Positions 58,867 through 64,000 of a DNA stretch of 64,000 nt are shown piece by piece (position 1 is the first letter of the stretch; every line of letters starts with the position of its first letter). The position numbers and the translations under genes were made by a program. The stretch is taken from assembly GCA_951406725.2 (NCBI GenBank), contig OX597825.1:84196001-84260000 (forward strand), in the 5' to 3' direction. The DNA is from Octopus vulgaris (lineage: Eukaryota). A model generated the notes under the pieces. It was not told where the DNA came from. It ran no database searches and saw nothing but the letters and a program-made list of their open reading frames with translations.

Positions 58867-60699
58867 CGTGTGCATCTATGTGTGTGTGTGAATGAATATA
58901 TGTACGTATGTTTGTATGTATATATCTATGTTTGTGTGTGAATATATGTATGTATATTTGTATGCTTCCTTCAACGTATTTGCCTATCTTTATGTATTTC
59001 TCCCTCTCTCTCTTTTTCCCCAAAATTTGCCTGCCCACTTATCTAGTTTTGTGTGGAATGGTTAAATTATAGACTAATCTATGTATAAGATGTCTATGGA
59101 AACATAAAATTATTTTTACATTGCAAAGAGAAGGGTAAATATATCTTTGAGAATATATTTTTTTTCTTTTTTCTTTTGGTTTAAGACAATTTCTGGTTTT
59201 CGGCATTTGATAAAAGAAACTACGGCAAGTTGGTTTGGTGTGTTGTCGAACACTTAAAATAGAGTCGAAATACTTGCTTCACAACGGCAATTGTTCGCTT
59301 TATCATTAATGTTTCGTCTTTCGTTTTAATTTTGTTTAATTCTTTTTGGTTTTACAGTTAATCCACGAACAACAACAGCAACAACCACAACAGCAGCAAT
59401 GGCAACAAGTTCTTAAAAGCTAATGGAAATGAATATATTTAGCCAACAAGTATTCTTTTAGAGTAAATTACACCGCAAAAGTAAACAAATAATTTAAAAA
59501 TACTAAACAAGTTGAAAATACCAAATAAACCGACGTTGATACAGTTCCAATGAGAATCTTAAAGCAAGGAATCATTATTAGATTGTATGACAATTCTAAA
59601 GAGAGAAAGAAAAAAAATGAGTTAAATTTGTTTACTGTTTAAGTATGAAAGCCAAGAACGGCAAGTTTATATTTCCGAAGAAGCTGTTCCAACTTCGATA
59701 TTTCTGTAGTGCCAGAAAAATATGAAACTAAATATAGTCCTTGGAAGTTGCTTAGGATTTATTACCGGATTTATTCACATGCTTTCTGGAAATTAATTAA
59801 GTCCGGTGCCTTCAGGTTCGCAACCAATTAAATTCTATGTTTGTATGTGTTGGTATCTACAGGGGTAAATGAAAGAAAAACCAAGCAAAATGTATGATTT
59901 CAAAATTAATAGCAAAATAAATTTGAAAGCTTTTAATGAAATATTTAGGGACACGGCTTCACTTTCTCCAGCTTAACCGCGTCTTTAAAACTACCATCAC
60001 AATCATACATATGTACACGGCAGGACTGGATCTAAAAATAAATAACCCTGTCGCAGGTTAGAACAAACTTATTCTTGTGTAAGTTTTCCTTCGGTGTTTC
60101 ACTTAAGCAAAATCGTTTCAGCCGTGTTCAGTCCAGTATTTCCTATTGACAAATGATTGATTTTGTTATAACAAAAATAGAAAATGTAATCGACCAGTGA
60201 CTAAACAACACAGTCGGAGATAACGGAAGATGTGAAGAGATCGGGTACTGTGGTGAGTATATAAAGGTATTTTTGGTCTTGAAACTTGACGCCTTTTCAA
60301 TACAAAAGTTTCAATTAAATGGTTGCCAACATGTCAGAAGTAGTAAACGATATATACCGAAGTTGCTGAGTTTCAGATAAAACTACTAGCCAGGAAAAAC
60401 GAAGATTCACTTTTATTATCGATTAGATCAAGTTCACATATTTTCAATATTTTGCTTTAAAGTCTAACCTAGGCCGAAAAGGCAGCGTCCATGGTTGTTT
60501 TCAGCCGTCTGAGTTGGGTGGGAGGAAGACAAAATGGTGACCTCAATCCAAACATGTACCCCGAATGCCTCCAATAGATGGACTCCACTAAAGGCACCGT
60601 AGAATCTGATAGTAATTTTAAACCGGGCAACGCATTATTTCCATTATCCAAGAATTCTTCAGATTGTTAAGAACCGGAAGAAATATTCCAATAGCAATG

Positions 60700-60935
60700 G
60701 ACAATATTGATCCCATACATAATTACATTATTTAAAAATATGGGACCAATATTGATTTCTAATCTCATCGATCTCATATTAATGATATTGTTTTATAGTA
60801 TGGAATCAGTTTCTCTCATAGCAATATCGATTATATCTTTAATGACATTGTTTTCAAATACAGTATCAATATTGATTGATAAATATGCTGATCCCATATT
60901 AAGGATATTACTTTCATATATGAAATCAATATTGG
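60700..60935. repeat. Degenerate ~60-bp minisatellite with self-complementary units
   Basis: gat(c/t)..at unit starts at 60709, 60770, 60829 and 60890. Confidence 0.65.
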
Positions 60936-60988
60936 TCTACAACCGGTTGCGATGTAGCAGAACCGATAAAACGTTAAATAAGATAATT

Positions 60989-61036
<48 letters not shown>

Positions 61037-61547
61037 CTAGTCTTCACATTCGGAGTTCAAATTCCACCGAGATAAACTTTACATATTACTCTCCTTCAGG
61101 CAATTAATTTAATATCAGCAACGAAGCAGTCAAATTGTAGAATTATTAGAAGAAAATATTTTGCGTTTCTTTCGTATTGTAACATTTTTTATGACCATAT
61201 ATGAGCGGAAGATTTGATTGTATCTAGCCGAGAAGATGGAGAACAAGAGCAACGGAAAAGTATTTTTGTATTCTCTCAAGAAACTTTCATAACAAGGGAA
61301 GAGTATTTGCGAGGGACGTCGATAGCGAATGCCTGAGATAGCGTGAGTAGGTTTCTGTGGTTTCTGATACAGGTTTAAGATCAATGATTATCGGTGTGGT
61401 GATTTAATCTTTTCAATCACCACCTGTATATAATCGTTTATTTGATGTGTTTGATGTGTGTGATAAAGAGAAAGCGAGAAAAAGCGAGAGGGCAATTGAG
61501 AGAAAGAATGACAGAGAGCGGCAGGCATATGTATGCATGTATGCATG

Positions 61548-61628
<81 letters not shown>

Positions 61629-61831
61629 CCTTTCTATCTTTGGGATTGGCATGAGTGTGGAACGGGTTTAAATAACTGCTCTGTTGTGGACAACGAGAAA
61701 TTTGAGTTTGGTACTTAAATGTTATGCATTGTGGGGAGAGACCCAGTGAGATCCTTGACAACAGATTGCTGTCTGCTCTTACAGAATTAGCCGAAACAGC
61801 TGAAACCAAGGGTTCAGAGAAGCTAAATGGA

Positions 61832-61982
61832 AATAATAATAATAATAATAATGATGATAATAAAAATAATATTAATAATAATAATGATAATAATAATGAT
61901 AATAATGATAATAATAATAATTATAATGATGATGATGATGATAATAATAATAATGATGATGATAATGATGATGATAATAATG

Positions 61983-62032
<50 letters not shown>

Positions 62033-62056
62033 GATAATAATAATAATAATAATAAC

Positions 62057-62144
<88 letters not shown>

Positions 62145-62163
62145 TTAATAATAATAATAATAA
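61832..62163. repeat. (AAT)n/(GAT)n microsatellite
   Basis: Direct reading; similar tracts at 7090-7415, 18586-18673, 18967-19049, 34010-34182 and 62620-62804. Confidence 0.95.
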
Positions 62164-62618
62164 TTCCCTGGGGCTTTGATTTCCAGACAGTCAAAGTGTT
62201 AGAGCACCGAAGGCCGAATAATTGTAACCTTTAGGAGGGACAAATAAGAATGCCTCATAATCGACGTAGCTGTGCCAGGAGATCAACCTATCCTCATGAA
62301 AGAAAGAGAAACGGTCGATATAAATGGAGACTTGAAATGGCCAAGATGTGGCAGCTACGAGAATCGAACATAAAGGTTATCTCCATTGTTATCTGAGCAT
62401 TGGGTTCAATACCACCCAATCTAAAATGAAATCTGAAAATCTTAGAGATACCCTTCAAACTAGATGTACTGCAAAAGTCGGCATTACTTGGAACTGCACG
62501 TATATTGCGGAAAGTAGTCTATTTGGGGCCCTTGTGACTTGACAAACAGTACAAAATCTCGGTAGACTCAATATCTTCACTCAACAACCCCTCACGATAT
62601 TGTATAATGTGCGACGTC

Positions 62619-62620
<2 letters not shown>
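62163..62620 (+). mobile_element. 3' fragment of a second, older R4/Dong-type element
   Basis: Degenerate frames read IPWGFDFQTVKVLEHRRP, CLIIDVAVPGD, QKSALLGTARILRKV; flanked by (AAT)n on both sides. Confidence 0.8.
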
Positions 62621-62660
<40 letters not shown>

Positions 62661-62709
62661 TATAATAATAATAATAATAATAATAATGATAATAATAATA
62701 ATAATAATG

Positions 62710-62804
<95 letters not shown>

Positions 62805-62805
<1 letters not shown>

Positions 62806-64000
62806 GATTTACCAAAGAAATAGATATGAAATTTGGATTAGAAAAATGCGCCAAAGTAACCATGAAAAGAGGAAAACTAGTTAAGAGTAACACCATCACA
62901 CTAGATAAAACCAAAGCCAAACTTACAAATACTTAGGAATCCATGAACTAGATAAGACACAACACACACAAATGAAAGAGAAAATAAAAAAAGAATATTA
63001 TAGACGAGTTAGATCAATACTAAAAACAGAGCTCAATGCTAAAAACAAGATAATAGGTATCAACACTTTAGCTGTCCCAGTTATAAGTTACAGCTACAAT
63101 ATCCTTAACTGGACACGAAATGAACTGTCCAAAATAGATAGGAAAACAAGAAAAATACTGACAGGATCTAGGATGCATCACCCAAAATCTGACATAGAAA
63201 GACTATATATACAACGTATAGAAGGTGGTAGAGGCCTTATACAGCTGGAAAACTACTATAAAATAACCACCATAGGACTGCAAAAATACCTACTTCAGAA
63301 GGAAGGAAAACTGATCCAGATAGCAGCAAAACACGGGCAAAACAAAAAACTGTTCTCCGTATTTAAGGAAGCTGACAAATACAAACAAGAAATCATACCA
63401 CCTAATAAACACAAAGAAGAAGAAGAAGATGATGAAGAAACAACAAAAGCTATAAAACAAATGAAATCCAAACTAAAAATAGAACAGCAACGAGCCATGA
63501 TAAAACGATGGCAAGAAAAGCCCCTTCATGGTAAATACTGGACTAAACTAAACGCAAAAGAAATAGACAAAGAAAAATCCCAGCAATGGTTGAGAAGCTC
63601 AGGACTCAAAGCAGAAACAGAGGGATTTTTAATTGCAGCACAAGACCAAAGCCTCCCCACCAGAAATTACCAAAAACATGTAATGAAAAGAAATATTACA
63701 AGTAACTGCAGAATATGTGGAGATGGACAAGAAACAATAAATCATATAGCTGCCCAGTCCTGGCTAAGAAGGAATATATTCACAGACATGACAGAGTTGG
63801 AACCTACATACATTGGAAGCTATGCCAACATTATGGAATAACAACAGAAAAAAGATGGTATAGGCACACACCAGAAAAGGTCACAGAAAACGAGAAAGCA
63901 ACCATACTCTGGGATATGCCGATACACACAGATAGAGAAATTAAGGCCAACAGACCAGATATAGTTGTCAGAGATCATGAAGAAAAAAAATGCTTTCTAA
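62805..64000 (+). mobile_element. 5'-truncated R4/Dong-clade non-LTR retrotransposon (RT thumb, CCHC zinc knuckle, RLE endonuclease); runs off window
   Basis: MKFGLEKCAKV, YKYLGI, INTLAVPVISYSY, EGGRGL, ETEGFLIAAQDQSL, CRIC..H..C, ILWDMPIHTDREIKANRPDIVV; frameshifts near 62915 and 63747; starts directly after (AAT)n. Confidence 0.92.

Noticed and set aside
60700-60935. CRISPR-like array
   Set aside because: Eukaryotic context, units degenerate along their whole length, no unique spacers and no cas genes.

Overview
AT-rich, microsatellite-dense eukaryotic genomic DNA. The SINE families and repeat content resemble an octopus/coleoid cephalopod genome (inference). It has one 100-N gap at 17866-17965. 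The only supportable protein-coding gene is a minus-strand nicotinic acetylcholine receptor alpha-type subunit. Two exons are visible (46215-46750 and 44910-45532); the N-terminal exons were not found in the window. The rest is mobile DNA: several tRNA-derived SINE families, R4/Dong-type RLE non-LTR retrotransposon fragments within (AAT)n tracts, a DD37D (maT-type) transposase fossil and a deleted mariner. The most notable unannotated signal is a dispersed set of minimal type I hammerhead-ribozyme folds in short Penelope-pseudo-LTR-like inserts. One has a compensatory G3-C8 core swap and lies inside an 11-bp direct-repeat-flanked insert (8042-8092). Another is duplicated in both arms of an apparently perfect 273-bp inverted repeat (12424-13074). 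Almost all ORFs in the supplied track are translated microsatellites.
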